Positions 51,859 to 64,000 of a DNA stretch of 64,000 bases are shown here, piece after piece. Source of the stretch: Negaprion brevirostris (taxonomy: Eukaryota). The position numbers and the translations under genes were made by a program. The notes below the pieces were generated by a model, which was not told where the DNA came from, ran no database searches, and saw only the letters and a list, made by a program, of their open reading frames with translations. The stretch's first letter is position 1, and every line of letters starts with the position of its first letter. Location of the stretch: assembly GCA_030324005.1 (NCBI GenBank), contig JARDVH010000042.1:64037167-64101166 (forward strand), given 5' to 3'.

Positions 51859-52548
51859 TAGAGAAGCAAAGAGAGGTTATGAGAAACGACTGGCAGCCAA
51901 CATAAAGGGAATCCTTTTCCAGATTTCTATAGCTTTTCTATAGGCATTTAATAGTAAAATGGTGGTAAAATGTGGAGTAGGGCAGATTAGGGAATTTACA
52001 CAAGGAAGCGGGATCATAGCTGAAGTATTAAATGAATATTTTGCAGCCACCTTTATCAAAGAGGTAGATGCTAACCAGGGCATGATGACAGATGAGGAAA
52101 TTCTGTTCCTAAAAGAGTTCAAAACTGATAGAAGAAAGTGTTGAATAGATCATTGATACTTTAAGTTGACAAGGCACTAATGAAATGCATCCAAAGATAT
52201 TGAAGGAAGTGAGTTTGCAAATTGCAGGGGCGTTGACCGTAATCCCCCAATCTTCTCTAGACTCAGGGGAGGTGCCAGAGGACGAGAGAATTTCACATAT
52301 TATACTCCTGTTTGTTAAAGGTTGTGAGGATAGCCCCAGCAATTACAGACCAGACAGTTTAACATCAGTGGTAGGCAAGTTTCTAAACACAATTGTTTGG
52401 GATAGAATGAGTGGTCACATGGAATATGGTGAATTGATTAGGAAGAGCCAGCATGGATTTCTAAAGGGGAAATCATGTATACCTAACATCTTGGAGTTTT
52501 TTGAGAAGGTAACAGAAAGGATTGATGAGGGTAATGCTGTTGATGTGG
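51855..52548 (+). mobile_element. CR1 ORF2 fragment
   Basis: AEVLNEYFAATF, MHPKILKE, NYRPDSLTSVVGK, SQHGFLKGKSC. Confidence 0.9.
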
Positions 52549-52777
52549 TGTAGCCAGGATGGAGAGCAACATGTGACCAATAGCTATTAGTGTGTGGTGA
52601 GTTTGTAGAAATAGCAGCAGTGTTGTCTTCGTGAGTACTAGTTGCTGATTCAGTGAAGTAGATCTTTTTGCTGAGCCATCTTGTGCTGTATCTTCAAATA
52701 AACTGAACGTATGACTCGTTTACTAGCCATGCTGTGAGATATTGAGATTTGTGTAATGCAGATGTATAAATGCAACA
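52549..52777 (+). mobile_element. 229-bp LTR-like element
   Basis: TGT..ACA termini, internal AATAAA, GTGG on both sides. The right flank could instead be a PBS. Confidence 0.65.
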
Positions 52778-53189
52778 GTGGTCATCAGTCTTTTGCATTT
52801 CTTTGTATCTGGGTCTTTCTGGACAGTGACAAGAGACTGTTGTCACTTTAGTCAGACAGCTGTGCATTCGGTATCAAGGAGGTCACTAATGCTTTATTTG
52901 GGGTGGTGGCTTAATTCCCAAAGAAAGCTGACAGAGACAGAGAGAGATATTCAGTTCTATAGACTGGCAAGGACCACACATGGTGTAAGAAGCAATTAGG
53001 GATGAATGAGACACTCAAGTTCCATATGAGAGCACCCTTCAATGTGAAAAGGAGAAAAACTTTAATGCTATCAGTATATAGCTAGTGAGCAAAGCTAATT
53101 ATCTTGCATGTCAAAGTCAAGTAGCCAGGAAGCTGGCATGACACTTACATCATGCAACCAACCTGCATGCTAGACTTCATGATTTGGAG

Positions 53190-53420
53190 CCACATGCCTG
53201 GAGACTGATTAGTGATCAGATTTTTGAAGCTTCCTCTGACAGAGCGGAACAATAGATACAGTAAATCCCATATCGCGACAAGAAATGCCATAGAGCAACT
53301 ATAAAAAATTGCGAGTCCCATTTTAGATGCCTGAATACATCTAGAAGAACCCGGCAATATATCCAGGCGAAAGTCCTGAGAAAGATTGTGGCATGTTGTT
53401 TAATACTGCAGTGTAAATCA
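53190..53420 (+). pseudogene. Harbinger transposase C-terminal remnant
   Basis: NRYSKSHIATRNAIEQ, HFRCLN, IVACC. Confidence 0.7.
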
Positions 53421-54469
53421 GTTAGCTGTTTCCAGAAGTTTAAGATAAGAATGATGAAAGGAGTGTAAAAGCACATTTGTCCCCTTGGCATGAGGAGGAT
53501 GCACAGAGAAAAGAAGGCACAAATGGTAACTCAGCATTTTCACAAATAAAGGTTCACCAATAAAAAATAAGTCACTTCACACTAATCTGTTCTCCTTATA
53601 AATCCTCATAAAGTCCTTCACTGACAAAGGTTTTGGCCAACATCCTTAAGACAGAATCTATGGGGACAAAACTGGTTCAACCCCCAAAATTGATATAGGG
53701 ATCATTATGCACAATTAACTTGTGCCTGTTCAAATGTTGCAGGCAACCTTCATACCACCTGCCAGTTCTAATGATAACAGCATTCAGCCCAATGCTGAGT
53801 CGCTGCACATGTCAGTAGGGGACCCAATTCATGCGAGGACCAGTTGAAGTTAGTCTACCTCATTTAAAACCAATTGGAAACGTTTCAATAAAAAATGCTT
53901 TCTGGCTTCAGCAGAAGCAGAGTTAACAAGCAAGAAGAACCTTGAAACATGACTAGAAATTATTTCCCAAGACTCTCTTATGAAGCACTGGAAGTCTTGG
54001 TCCAGAAGATGCCCAATTGGAGGGTCAGGAGGCTCTCCATGCTGCTCCAAAGAAGGCAGTAGGTGAAGGCATCCATCATAGACAGTGTCAGCAGCTTAGC
54101 CTGAGGGCCTGCAGTGCCAAAAGGAGTTTAATGACCTCATGAGTGGTGAAGATCAATAAATGCATCTTCGTATGCTAGTTGTTTACAAATGAAGCAATGG
54201 TGCCATACGCTGCTCCATTCATCACAGCCCATTCAGTCACCAACAATAATTTCTAATAATATTATTCTCAGAACTCATATTCAAGGCTTCAACTCACCCT
54301 CCAACACAATTACACACTCACGTTTCAGAGTTTTCAACACTGTCAGGCACATCACATACACTTTGCAGAAACTAGTCTTACTTTGGATCAAATGATCCAG
54401 TATGCGAGATAAGCTAAGATAAGAGAATCTAATCTGGAGCAACTTTGAGGCTTCACATGGCTCCATTGA

Positions 54470-54780
54470 CCATAAGATCGTAAGACATTGTAGCAGAATT
54501 AGGCCACTTGGCTCTGCTCTGCCATTCAATCATGGCTGATATTTTTCTCATCCCCATTTTCTTGCCTTTTCCCCATAACCCCTGACCCCCTTATTAACAA
54601 AGAACCTATCTGTCTTAAAAACACTCAATGACCTGTCCTCCACAGCCTTCTGTGGCAAAGAGTTCCACAGATTCACCACTCTCTGGCTGAAGAAATTCCC
54701 CCTCACCTCTGTTTTAAAGGATCACCCCCTTAGGTTATGCCGTCTGGTTCTAGTTTTTCCTACTAGTGGAAACATTATTC
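54470..54780 (-). mobile_element. CR1 3' end
   Basis: Reverse-complement CR1 3' region (FFSQRVVNLWNSLP) and tail. Confidence 0.9.
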
Positions 54781-55039
54781 CAGACCTTAACCACTGACTA
54801 TATTCAACCCCACCAGCTGACATGGTGGGATTTGAACCCATAGCCCCAGAGAATTAATTCAGGCCTGTGTGGAGTGTTAGTCCACTACACCACAACCTCC
54901 CCCAAAGGTTTGAGCATGTTTTGAACCCCATGTGCTAAATTTCAATCCATGGACTGCAATGATTCTGTTACTGAATGCCAAATAGAAAATATGTTATAAA
55001 AACCATGATTATTGTGGGATAATTTAAAATAGTTAATCA

Positions 55040-55400
55040 TTAATAGGTTTATAAGGTGATAAAAGGTATTAACAAAGTAGACGCAGAATGGGTGCTTCCT
55101 CTTGTGGGCCAAACTAGAACAAGAGGTCATCATTTTAGGCTAAGGGGTAGCAGATTTAAAACAAATTATTTCTCCCAAAGGGTTATGAATCTGTGGAATT
55201 CACCACCCCGGAGTGCAGAGAGTGCAGGCACATTGAGCTAATTTAAGGAGGAGATACAAGATTTTTAATTCGTGATGGGCGGAAGATTTATGGAGAACGG
55301 GTAGGAAAGTGGACTTGAGGCCACAGCAAGATCAGCCATTGTTGTATTAAATGAGAGAGCAGGTTTGCGGGGCTGAACAGCCTCATCCTGTTCCTACTTG
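55040..55400 (+). mobile_element. CR1 3' end
   Basis: MIKGINKVDAE..TRTRGH..FSQRVMNLWNS. Confidence 0.9.
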
Positions 55401-55403
55401 GAT

Positions 55404-55617
55404 GTCACGGTGGCACAGTGGGTTAGCACTGCTGCCTCACAGCGCCAGGGATCCGGGTCTGATCTGCAGCTTGGGTTACTGTCTGTGAGGAGTTTGCACG
55501 TTCTCCCTATGTCTATGTGGGTTTCCTCCTGGTGTTCCAGTTTCCTCCCACAGTCCGAAAGATGTGCTGGTTAGGTGCATTGGCTGTGCTAAATTCTCCC
55601 TCAGTGTACCCGAACAG
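55404..55617 (+). mobile_element. V-SINE, runs into gap
   Basis: tRNA head and V-domain as at 37339, with a different 3' part. Confidence 0.85.
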
Positions 55618-55717
55618 NNNNNNNNNNNNNNNNNNNNNNNNNNNNNNNNNNNNNNNNNNNNNNNNNNNNNNNNNNNNNNNNNNNNNNNNNNNNNNNNNNN
55701 NNNNNNNNNNNNNNNNN

Positions 55718-56150
55718 TCTAGCTTTTCCTACTAGTGGGAACATCCTCTCCATGTCCACTCTATTCAGGCCTTGCTGTATCCTGTGAGTTTCAATAAGAT
55801 CCCCCTTCATCCTTCTGTCCCCTGGTTCTCCTTTATCTAACTTCCTTGTTATCTCCTCAAAGAACTCTAACAGATTTGTCAGGTGTGACATGCCCTTGAC
55901 AAAGCCGTGCTGACTCAGTCCTACTTTATCATGCACTTCCAAGTACTCTGCAGTCTCATCTTTAATAATGGACTCTAAGATCTTGCTAATGACTGATGTC
56001 AGGTTGACTGGCCTATAAATACCCATCTGCTGCCTTCCTCCCTTCTTTAATAATGGCATAACATTAGCTACTTTCCAATCCTCTGATACCCTCCTGCCTC
56101 CAGTGATTCCTGAAAGATTAGCACCAATACCTCCACAAGTTCTGTGTAAG
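55718..56150 (-). mobile_element. CR1 fragment with internal deletion
   Basis: EDWKVANV..SQHGFVKG..LDKGEPGD fused directly to RRMKGDLIET. Confidence 0.9.
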
Positions 56151-56839
56151 CCCATGGGCAATGACCCCACCCACAAAAAAGTCCATCAAACTAGGTGAAA
56201 AGGCAGGAAATGCTACACTAGCAGACATCTTGAGATGCTTGGTTGTGTGTGAATTACTAGTATAGACATCGGAATGCTTCCAGCATGGCAAAACTGGGCA
56301 GTTCAAACATTTCTGCAAGTCCAATTTTAATTGAGGTAGAAGACAAGAAAATATTTATGAAATACACTCTATTCAAGGAATGGAAAATCAAGAGTTCCTG
56401 GGGGAAGTTGTTAGTTTTATCCAGACCATTGTCAGTTAGAATGTAAGTTCAAGTCTTCAATGTCACTTTTAAATTGATACTTGAGCTGCTGTTAGCAGGT
56501 AATCTCGGCTGGCTTCAGCTAATGAGTCTTCCCCATCAGACTTCCCGCTATATGGTCCTGGTGGCATAGACTTTCCAATTAAAGGCAGGATTATTTCTCC
56601 TCCTCACCACAGTGTCTTGTCAATTCATCCTACGCTGTTCATAATCAACATATATCTTTATTGAATGATAATGTTGGCATCCTAATAGGGTTTATAGAAA
56701 AAACAGTTGATGCCCATTATTTGAATGACTCATTGTCATTCATGCCACAATCTTCATCCTTTCATTTAGAAGCAATGGAAATTCAGAAGCTGAGGAAGCT
56801 AAGACACTCAGCAGTAAATTCCTTTCTTTCACATTGGCA

Positions 56840-57060
56840 TGAATTTACAATTTATGATCAGGTCTGCTGGTGCTCACCAGGGTGGTTTGGAAAACCCATT
56901 AAAGGGCATTGTGTACCTCACTTGCATTCTATTAATGGGATGCAGATGAAGGCTTGACCCCTCCATGCCAGATTCTCCGCAGTGCTAGCAGGAAAACACA
57001 CTAGTATTAAACACGCGTGGGAACAATATGGCACGCAGATGTTGGGATTCATCTGAACAA
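56840..57060. promoter_or_regulatory. Candidate Notch/Hes/Sox/bHLH regulatory module
   Basis: CACGCG (57012), CGTGGGAA (57016), AACAAT (57022) and CAGATG (57036) within 30 bp. Confidence 0.4.
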
Positions 57061-57064
57061 TGCC

Positions 57065-57262
57065 TAGAGTTGTAGTGGTTGAGTCATTAAATATGTTCAA
57101 CATTGATATAGACCAATTTGTAATCATTAAGGGAATCAAGGAATATGGGGATAAGGTGGAAAAGTGGAGTTGAGGATTATCACATCAGATCAGTCATGAT
57201 CTCACTGAATTGATGTGTAGACTTGATGGGCTGAATGGCCTACTTCTGCTCCTATGTTTTGA
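57065..57262 (+). mobile_element. CR1 3' end
   Basis: CR1 3' UTR and tail (gatgggctgaatggcctacttctgctcctatg). Confidence 0.85.
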
Positions 57263-57654
57263 TGTACCGGTGACATCAGTTAACCATGTGTTAAACTCTC
57301 TCTTTTTCTCTCTAGGGAGAGAGAGGGAAAGGTTGGAATCACGTCGAGGAGCAACATATTTATTCTGTAACTTGCTTAGAAATAATACTAATAATCATAT
57401 GTTAAGCAGATACCAGGGTAAGTCTATAGTCTGTCTACAGTACCACACCTAGAGTCCAAGGTAGAAGGACCATCCTAGAACAGTGCACAGGGAAACGTGA
57501 TGGGCATATCCAATGACATATTTGGTGTTGAGAGAACATTACCCTTTTGATTGAATTGGGAACTTCAGAATAGAAGTTGCCAATATATGGAAATGAGAAG
57601 GAATTTTTGCTCTCAGAGTTGTTAATCTTTAGAACTCTCTAGCTTAGCCCTGAA

Positions 57655-58487
57655 AACTGGGATTCTCCCAAAAAAATTTTAATCCCCCAATTTGGATGCA
57701 AGTGGGAATAACTCCCGCCAGTTTTTTCAGCATGATTTCCAGACCAAATCTCCAACACACTTTGCATTATAGAGGGCCCTGAAGTGGTTCCCTCTGAAAA
57801 TCTGTGAGTGGGACCTATTCTTTCCTGAGACACCACTGCACATGCACACTCCGTCAGCACTGAGATCGGCACATGCGCAGTGGCCCTGCATTACCGGCCT
57901 CCTGACCACTGGTCTTTCGACCCCCCCACATCCTCCCAGTTGGAAGGCCACCCAGACCTCCTCAGGCTAGTCCTGATGTGTCCACCCTTCCCCTTTTCCT
58001 GCTCCTTTCCAGCCCCAATTGCTCCGAACCCCTACCCTCAACAGTCCCGACCACCACTTCCCCCACCCAAATAGTCAGTCCTGATCGCCATCCTCTCTCC
58101 CTTTGCCTGCGATCACAGATGCAGAGTGGCAGCATGTTCCCCCAACCCTACCGTTCGCCTCACCAATAGACACCACCCTTTGGCACTGCCCAATGAGCTG
58201 TGTCAAGGTGCCTGTTGGGCAGTGCCCATTTGCCCCTTCAACAGTTCCAGGATGCCAGGCTGGCACTGTCCAAGGGGCACCTGCGCTCCTTATTCCAACC
58301 TCCTGGGAGGTTATCAGTGGCCTCTATTCTCTCCACGGGATCGGTTGCCTTTTTCTCATTAGCCAGGGGCAGTTGTAAATGCTGTTGGAATGAACCACTC
58401 CTGGTGACACGGAGTGTGGGGGAGATGCTAGAGGGCTCAGAGAATTCAGTCCCAGGCCCTCTAATGATATGAAAATAAGGATTTCTA
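57655..58487 (+). mobile_element. GC-rich Harbinger-like MITE, runs into gap
   Basis: Body similar to 14202-15192. Confidence 0.75.
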
Positions 58488-58587
58488 NNNNNNNNNNNNN
58501 NNNNNNNNNNNNNNNNNNNNNNNNNNNNNNNNNNNNNNNNNNNNNNNNNNNNNNNNNNNNNNNNNNNNNNNNNNNNNNNNNNNNNNN

Positions 58588-58945
58588 TCCATTGACTCTG
58601 TCTACACTTCCTGCTGCCTCAGTAAAGCACCCAGCATGATTAAGGACCCCACATACCCCAGACAGTCTCTCTTTTACCTTCTTCCTTCAGGAAAGAGACG
58701 CAAAAATCTTGAGATCATGTACCAAGCAAATCAAGAACAGCTTCTTCCCTGCTGCCGTCAGACTTTTGAATGGACTTACCTTGCATTAAGTTGATCTTTC
58801 TGTACACTGTAGCTATGACTGTAACACTACATTCTGCACTCTCTCACTTCCTTTTCTATGAATGGTATATTTTTTCTGTATTGCGTGCAAGAAACAATAC
58901 TTTTCACTGTACATGTGACAGTAATAAATTAAATCAAATCAAAAT
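58588..58945 (+). mobile_element. Rex1/Babar LINE 3' end
   Basis: SIDSVYTSCC..IKDPTYP..LLPSGKR..KNSFFPAAVRLLN; tail AATAAA followed by (AAATC)n. Confidence 0.85.
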
Positions 58946-59066
58946 CGATGCTAGCATCAAATCAGTGTTATGGGTCAATACTTCTGGCACACAATCCTAA
59001 TTTTTCTCTCTTCATTCTTTCATGGGATGTAGGCATCACAGAACAGGCCAGGATTTGTTGCCCATC

Positions 59067-59246
59067 TCTTTTTATTTTGTTTTACTCTATTTTAAAGTGC
59101 CAAAGCCAATACTCATAATGGACCGAACAAACCCAAATCCATTCCTTGCTGCTCCAAAAATCGAATTCAAATTCTAATTCAATCCAATTTATGGTCCCCA
59201 CAAGAGAGACAAAGAAGATCCAAACTGACAAAATAAGACATAGCAC
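59067..59246 (-). mobile_element. 180-bp retro-insertion inside a SINE tail
   Basis: CCCATC duplicated at 59061-59066 and 59247-59252; A-rich 3' end (aataaaaaga) on the minus strand. Confidence 0.6.
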
Positions 59247-60059
59247 CCCATCCCTAATTGCCCTCAACTTGAGTGGTTTGCAAGGCCATTTCTGATTACA
59301 GTTGAGAGTCAACTACATTGCTGTGGGTCAGGAGCCAGATTACACCCAATCCAGATAAGGATGGCAGAGTTCTTTATCTAACAGACATTAGTGACTCAGA
59401 TGGGATTTTGCAATTGATGATAGTTTCATTGTCATTATTATTGAGGCCTACCTTTAGATTTCAGAATTTTATTAATTGAATTCAAATCATACAAACTGCC
59501 ACGGTGGGATTTGAACTCCTGTTCCCAGACTATTAGCCTAGGCCTCAGGATTACTGGTCCAGTGATATTACTACTACACCATGATCACCCTAATGATGAC
59601 CATATTAGTGTGGAAGTGTATGGAAATGGTGTAGGTGGCATTTTGGTATCAAAACAATTTCACTTACGTTTCCTCATCTCCTCCTGACAGCACTTAATCT
59701 CTCGCACCTTCCAATTTATTGTAAATCTTCTCATTTATTCTATCCTTCACTCCTTCCTTAGGCTGCCTCTATCATGGTTATAACTTTTGCCAGTTCAAGA
59801 AAAACGTTAATTCTGTTTTTCTTTCCACAGATTCTGCCAGACTCACAGGCCGGAGTTCCCCAGCTATTCATGCCAGTGGGATCTACTGTTTCCATTGATG
59901 GCTCACCCTCATGACAGGTTTCTCGGCAGCTTGGGCTGCAATCAATGGTGGGACCACACCTCCCACCCTGAGTAAACATGCTATGGCCAGGCCAGAAAAT
60001 TGCTCCCCTCCCCCCCAAAAGATATTTCCAACATTTTCTGCTCCTACTTCAGAAAGAGA

Positions 60060-60400
60060 ATATGTTGACTGTCTCTTCAATTCCTCCTCCTCCACTTTTT
60101 CCTCTTCCTCCTCACTTTCTTGCCATATATCTAAAGCCTCACGATGGTGAAGTTGTGCAGCATGCAAAAGTCAAATCATTACTCATGCTCCTCAAGGATA
60201 ATTCAGACAATGGAAACATCAGAAGCATTGCTTATAATTGGTTCAATGACATTTTGTGTGGTAGCCTGGATCTCCCTATATGCATGTTGCACATTTATGC
60301 TTGGGTTCCACACCGTACTGGACATTGACCTGCACTGGGTATCGATGTACTCCAACTATACACTCAGGCTATAGAACCCTTTGGGATTATCGTAGATGGT
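60060..60400 (-). pseudogene. Harbinger transposase remnant
   Basis: YDNPKGFYSLSV, TQNVIE, FHCLN, CMLHNF, followed by an acidic E-run. Confidence 0.7.
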
Positions 60401-61364
60401 TGTGCATTCAAATGCAACACCTTTAAGTCAATGTATGTGCAGTCCATGGTATTGAGGATTTGGCTCTGTCTAAGAAAGCGTTAAAATTTTAACTCCACTT
60501 AAAACACAGACAAAAAAATCACTGCAGAAGAGCAGAGAGACACTAAATTCACACACATACAAGCACAAGAACCTTGAGAAAGAGACTTTTCCAGACAGGG
60601 AACCAGACTTAAAGTGATGCTGAGACAAACACATTTTGATTTTGACAAGTTCTCACACAAACAGCCTCAGCAATATAACAGTCAATAACTAAAATATTTC
60701 CCTTCAAAATCAAAAATTTGGATAAACAAGTCTGTCTGACTTGTGAGACCTAAAGACAGCAGAAAACTGCACTTTGCACTTTTGATTGTGGGTCTAAAAT
60801 GTTTGTTGTTATTTGTTTCAATATCCTACATTTATTTTCTAAGTGGATTGCAAGTTTGTATTTACTACATTTAAGTGAATTAATTTGCCTTGCATTTAAA
60901 CTCTGTAATATTCAAAACATTATGAGAATATAATCCAAGATCTGAGCTTATAATAAACTTTTATCAAATAACCATTATAAAAAGTTGTGGACTCCCTTTT
61001 ACGTACCTCAAGAAGTCTTTCTCATCTAGGATTCTTTAATAGTGAATTCTAGATCCTGGGAAAGGTAAAAATGTTTAAGATGGACGTTTCTGCTGTAATA
61101 TACCTGCAAACTGTTCATTTTGTTCTAAAGTATCTTTGTTTAGTCTAGATATTCCAGGGAGAGACGATACTTTATCTTAAGATCAGGCTCATAGCTAGCA
61201 TAGTAACTTAGACACTTATCATTTAAAATCTCTTTTAGTTGAGAACTTAAACTGGCAATAACTATGACTGAATAAATTTACCTTGCAGGGGAGTAAAGAT
61301 AGCAGAACCCTGACAATGGCACCCTGCACAATAGGGAAGGTCACTACCCTGACATAGCTGTGCT

Positions 61365-62070
61365 AATTTATTCATTTGTGGGACATGGGCGTCGCTGGCT
61401 GGCCAGCATTTATTGCCCATCCCTTGTTGTCCTTGAGGAGGAGGTGTTGAGCTGCCTTCTTGAATCGCTGCAGTCCATGTACTATGGGCTGACCCACAGC
61501 GCCATAAGGGAGGGAATTCCAGGATTCTGACCCAGCGACTGCGAAGGAATGGCAATATATTTCCAAGTCAGATGGTGAGTGGCTTGGAGGAGAACTTGCA
61601 GGTGGTGGTGTTCCCATTTATCTATTGCCCTTGTCCTTCTTGATGGAAGTGATTGTAGATTTGGATGGTGCTGTCTAAGGACCTGTGGTGAACTGCTGCA
61701 GTGCATTTTGTACTGAGAACACGCTGCTGCTGCTGCTGCTGAGTGTTGGTGGTGGAGGGATTGAATGTTTGTAGATGTGGTGCCAATCAAGTGAGCTGCT
61801 TTGTCCTGGATTGTGTCAAGCTTCTTGAGTGTTGTTGGAGTTGCATCCATCTAGGCAAGTGGGGAGTATTCTATCGCACTCTTGACTTGTGCCTTGTACA
61901 TTGTGGATAGGCTCTGGGCAGTCAGGAGAAGAGTTGCTCACCACAGTATTCCTAGTCTCTGACCTGCTCTTGCAGCCACTGTGTTTATGTGGTGAATCCA
62001 GTTGAGTTTTTGGTCAATGACAACTTCAAGGATATTGATAGTGGGGGATTCAATGATGGTTACATCATTG
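61365..62070 (-). mobile_element. LINE family B 3' fragment
   Basis: MDATPTTLKKLDTIQDKAAHLIG; reverse-complement similarity to 25800-26508. Confidence 0.9.
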
Positions 62071-62071
62071 A

Positions 62072-62168
62072 TGTTGCAGATTGTTATGATCTTGGCTGAA
62101 AGCAGTAAGTTTAGTTTTAAAGAAGGAACCCAAAATTCCAGTTATTTACTGAAAGAATGAAGCTACAA
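62072..62168 (+). repeat. 97-bp direct repeat, partner of 63132-63228
   Basis: 93/97 identity, offset 1060 bp. Confidence 0.95.
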
Positions 62169-63141
62169 TTTTCTACGATTTAAGACATCTTGCTCCAGAT
62201 GTTTCTCCAGATACCGAGAAATCAATGTTTTCTCCTCACTTGGCATACAGAGCACCAGTGACCTCTTTTGGTAATACTAATTATCTGGTAACATTCATCG
62301 AAAAACTGAAAAATGTTAGAAAAGTCATCTGCTCATGTCTCAAAGGATCCTGACATGAAGAATGTTATGACTGTGACTAACTTTAGAGCCACTGTCAGGA
62401 AATTGTTTAAAGCTGGAAATCTATCTACAATTATTTTGGATTTCCATGAGCATGTCCTTCGTAATCAACATTGCTCCTTACATACCTCAACCTTGGCAAG
62501 GAAAGATGTAAGGGAATTACTCCCTAAAGGCTGTGGATAGATACGGAGAGGGAAGATTTCACTATGGGTGCAAATCCCATTATGGCCGTAACCTCTCACA
62601 ATGGGGATATAATATGATTTGTGCCAAGGAGATCTCAGAATGAAATCCACATCCACTCCATCTCACCCTACCGCCCGCTCCCCTCCCCACTCCCTCCAAG
62701 CTGGTGAGGCAAACAAGTTCACACCCAGTGAGGGCTTGAAACTGATTACCATGAACTCAAATAGATTTAAATATTCTTAAACAGCTTAACACCTCCAGCA
62801 GTCAACATGATCAGTCCGGGAGGCTGGTGTAGCCTCCAAGTGGTCAGGAACATGGCGCAATAGTGCCATGTAGTATCAATGCCAAGAAATGTCAATACCA
62901 AGTAATGTCAATGCCGAGGAGTGGGGCATGAGGGCAAGGGAAGAATTAATGCTTCAGTTAAATGACTTTTCATCAGAACTGAGAACAGTTTGAAAAGTTA
63001 TAGGTTCTAATCAGATGAAGTAAAATTGAATATCAAAGTTTCCAAATGATATTAAGAAGGACAGAAAGCTGTATAGATGGGAGCAGGAAGTTAATAAGGG
63101 ACATTGATAGATGTGAGCATGTGGATAACACTGTTGCAGAT

Positions 63142-63800
63142 TGTTATGATCTTGGCTGAAAGCAATAACTTTAGTTTTAAAGAAAGAACGCAAAATTCCA
63201 GTTATTTACTGAAAGAATGAAGCTACAAGATTCCACAGTTTAAAACAGAAGATTTTTCTTTATCAAACAAGAGTCAAACAAAGAATGCTATCTAACCCAG
63301 AACTAACTCTAAAACCNNNNNNNNNNNNNNNNNNNNNNNNNNNNNNNNNNNNNNNNNNNNNNNNNNNNNNNNNNNNNNNNNNNATTGAATGGCAGGTATA
63401 CCTAAGACAGACCTTACAAATTTGCTCAACACTTCACCAGCATTGATGTCATCAATCTCAGTCACAAAGTCATTCGGAACTCCGTCTACCTCACAAAAGC
63501 TGTCAACTGTCTCCTTTCAGAACTTAGCCTGATCCCCATCTGACAGCAGTGCGCAACTAACCCATGTTCCATGGAAATGGTATTCAGCAAAAACAGCACA
63601 CATCTGCAGAATCTCCTCAATTCTGCTTATGACCATCAATGTTATCTTCAAGTAACAGAAACAGCAACAACAACTGTATCTGTGCTTAATCTCCACTTCT
63701 GGATCTTGCCTCAGTCTCCTTCAGCTTGTCTGTACTGCATTGCTGGAGCCGTCATCTACCAACTGCTAATGGCTTTGCCTTCTTTTGCATAGTTTCAATC
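63142..63800 (-). mobile_element. LTR-like element (right boundary uncertain)
   Basis: Starts TGTTATGATC; LTR-like composition; spans a gap. Confidence 0.4.
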
Positions 63801-64000
63801 AGACGTTTTGGTTTCCATTTCTTAGTTTCCTTAGAAATTGGGTGGGCCAGTTTCCCTTCTCAATTTCCCTTTTAAATCAGGATCTATACCAAAAAATACA
63901 AGGTTTGAAACTGTGGATTCTATCACAAGGTAGGGTTCCCATTTGAGAAGTGAAAGGATCTGAGCAAAAACAATTGAAATATTTCTGAATGGAAAAAGAC

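Noticed and set aside
55601-56176. 191-aa RT-like ORF
   Set aside because: Internally deleted CR1 fragment running into a gap; not a functional gene.
1-64000. CRISPR arrays, operons or prokaryotic defence systems
   Set aside because: No regularly spaced repeats or dense ORFs; the sequence is vertebrate repeat-rich DNA.

Overview
Eukaryotic, gap-rich, AT-rich non-coding DNA. The repeat content (HE1/V-SINE-type SINEs, esterase-bearing CR1 LINEs, Penelope terminal repeats, GC-rich Harbinger MITEs) points to a cartilaginous fish, probably a shark; this is an inference from recalled family features. I recognise no host protein-coding exon, so this is probably a large intron or gene desert. Most of the window is decayed, often nested, transposons: CR1, a second CR1/L2-group LINE, L2, Vingi, Rex1, Penelope, Gypsy internal pieces and solo LTRs, a Charlie/Buster hAT, and many PIF/Harbinger elements. 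Several have readable TIRs and TSDs. Highlights: (1) a minimal hammerhead ribozyme in a Penelope repeat at 1-37; (2) very short Penelope insertions with 12-13 bp TSDs; (3) an LF-SINE-like relic; (4) two 84-97 bp local duplications that look like templated repair insertions; (5) TE-free islands with dense developmental TF motif clusters (candidate enhancers). I found no evidence of a new multi-gene system. All family names come from recalled motifs, not database searches.
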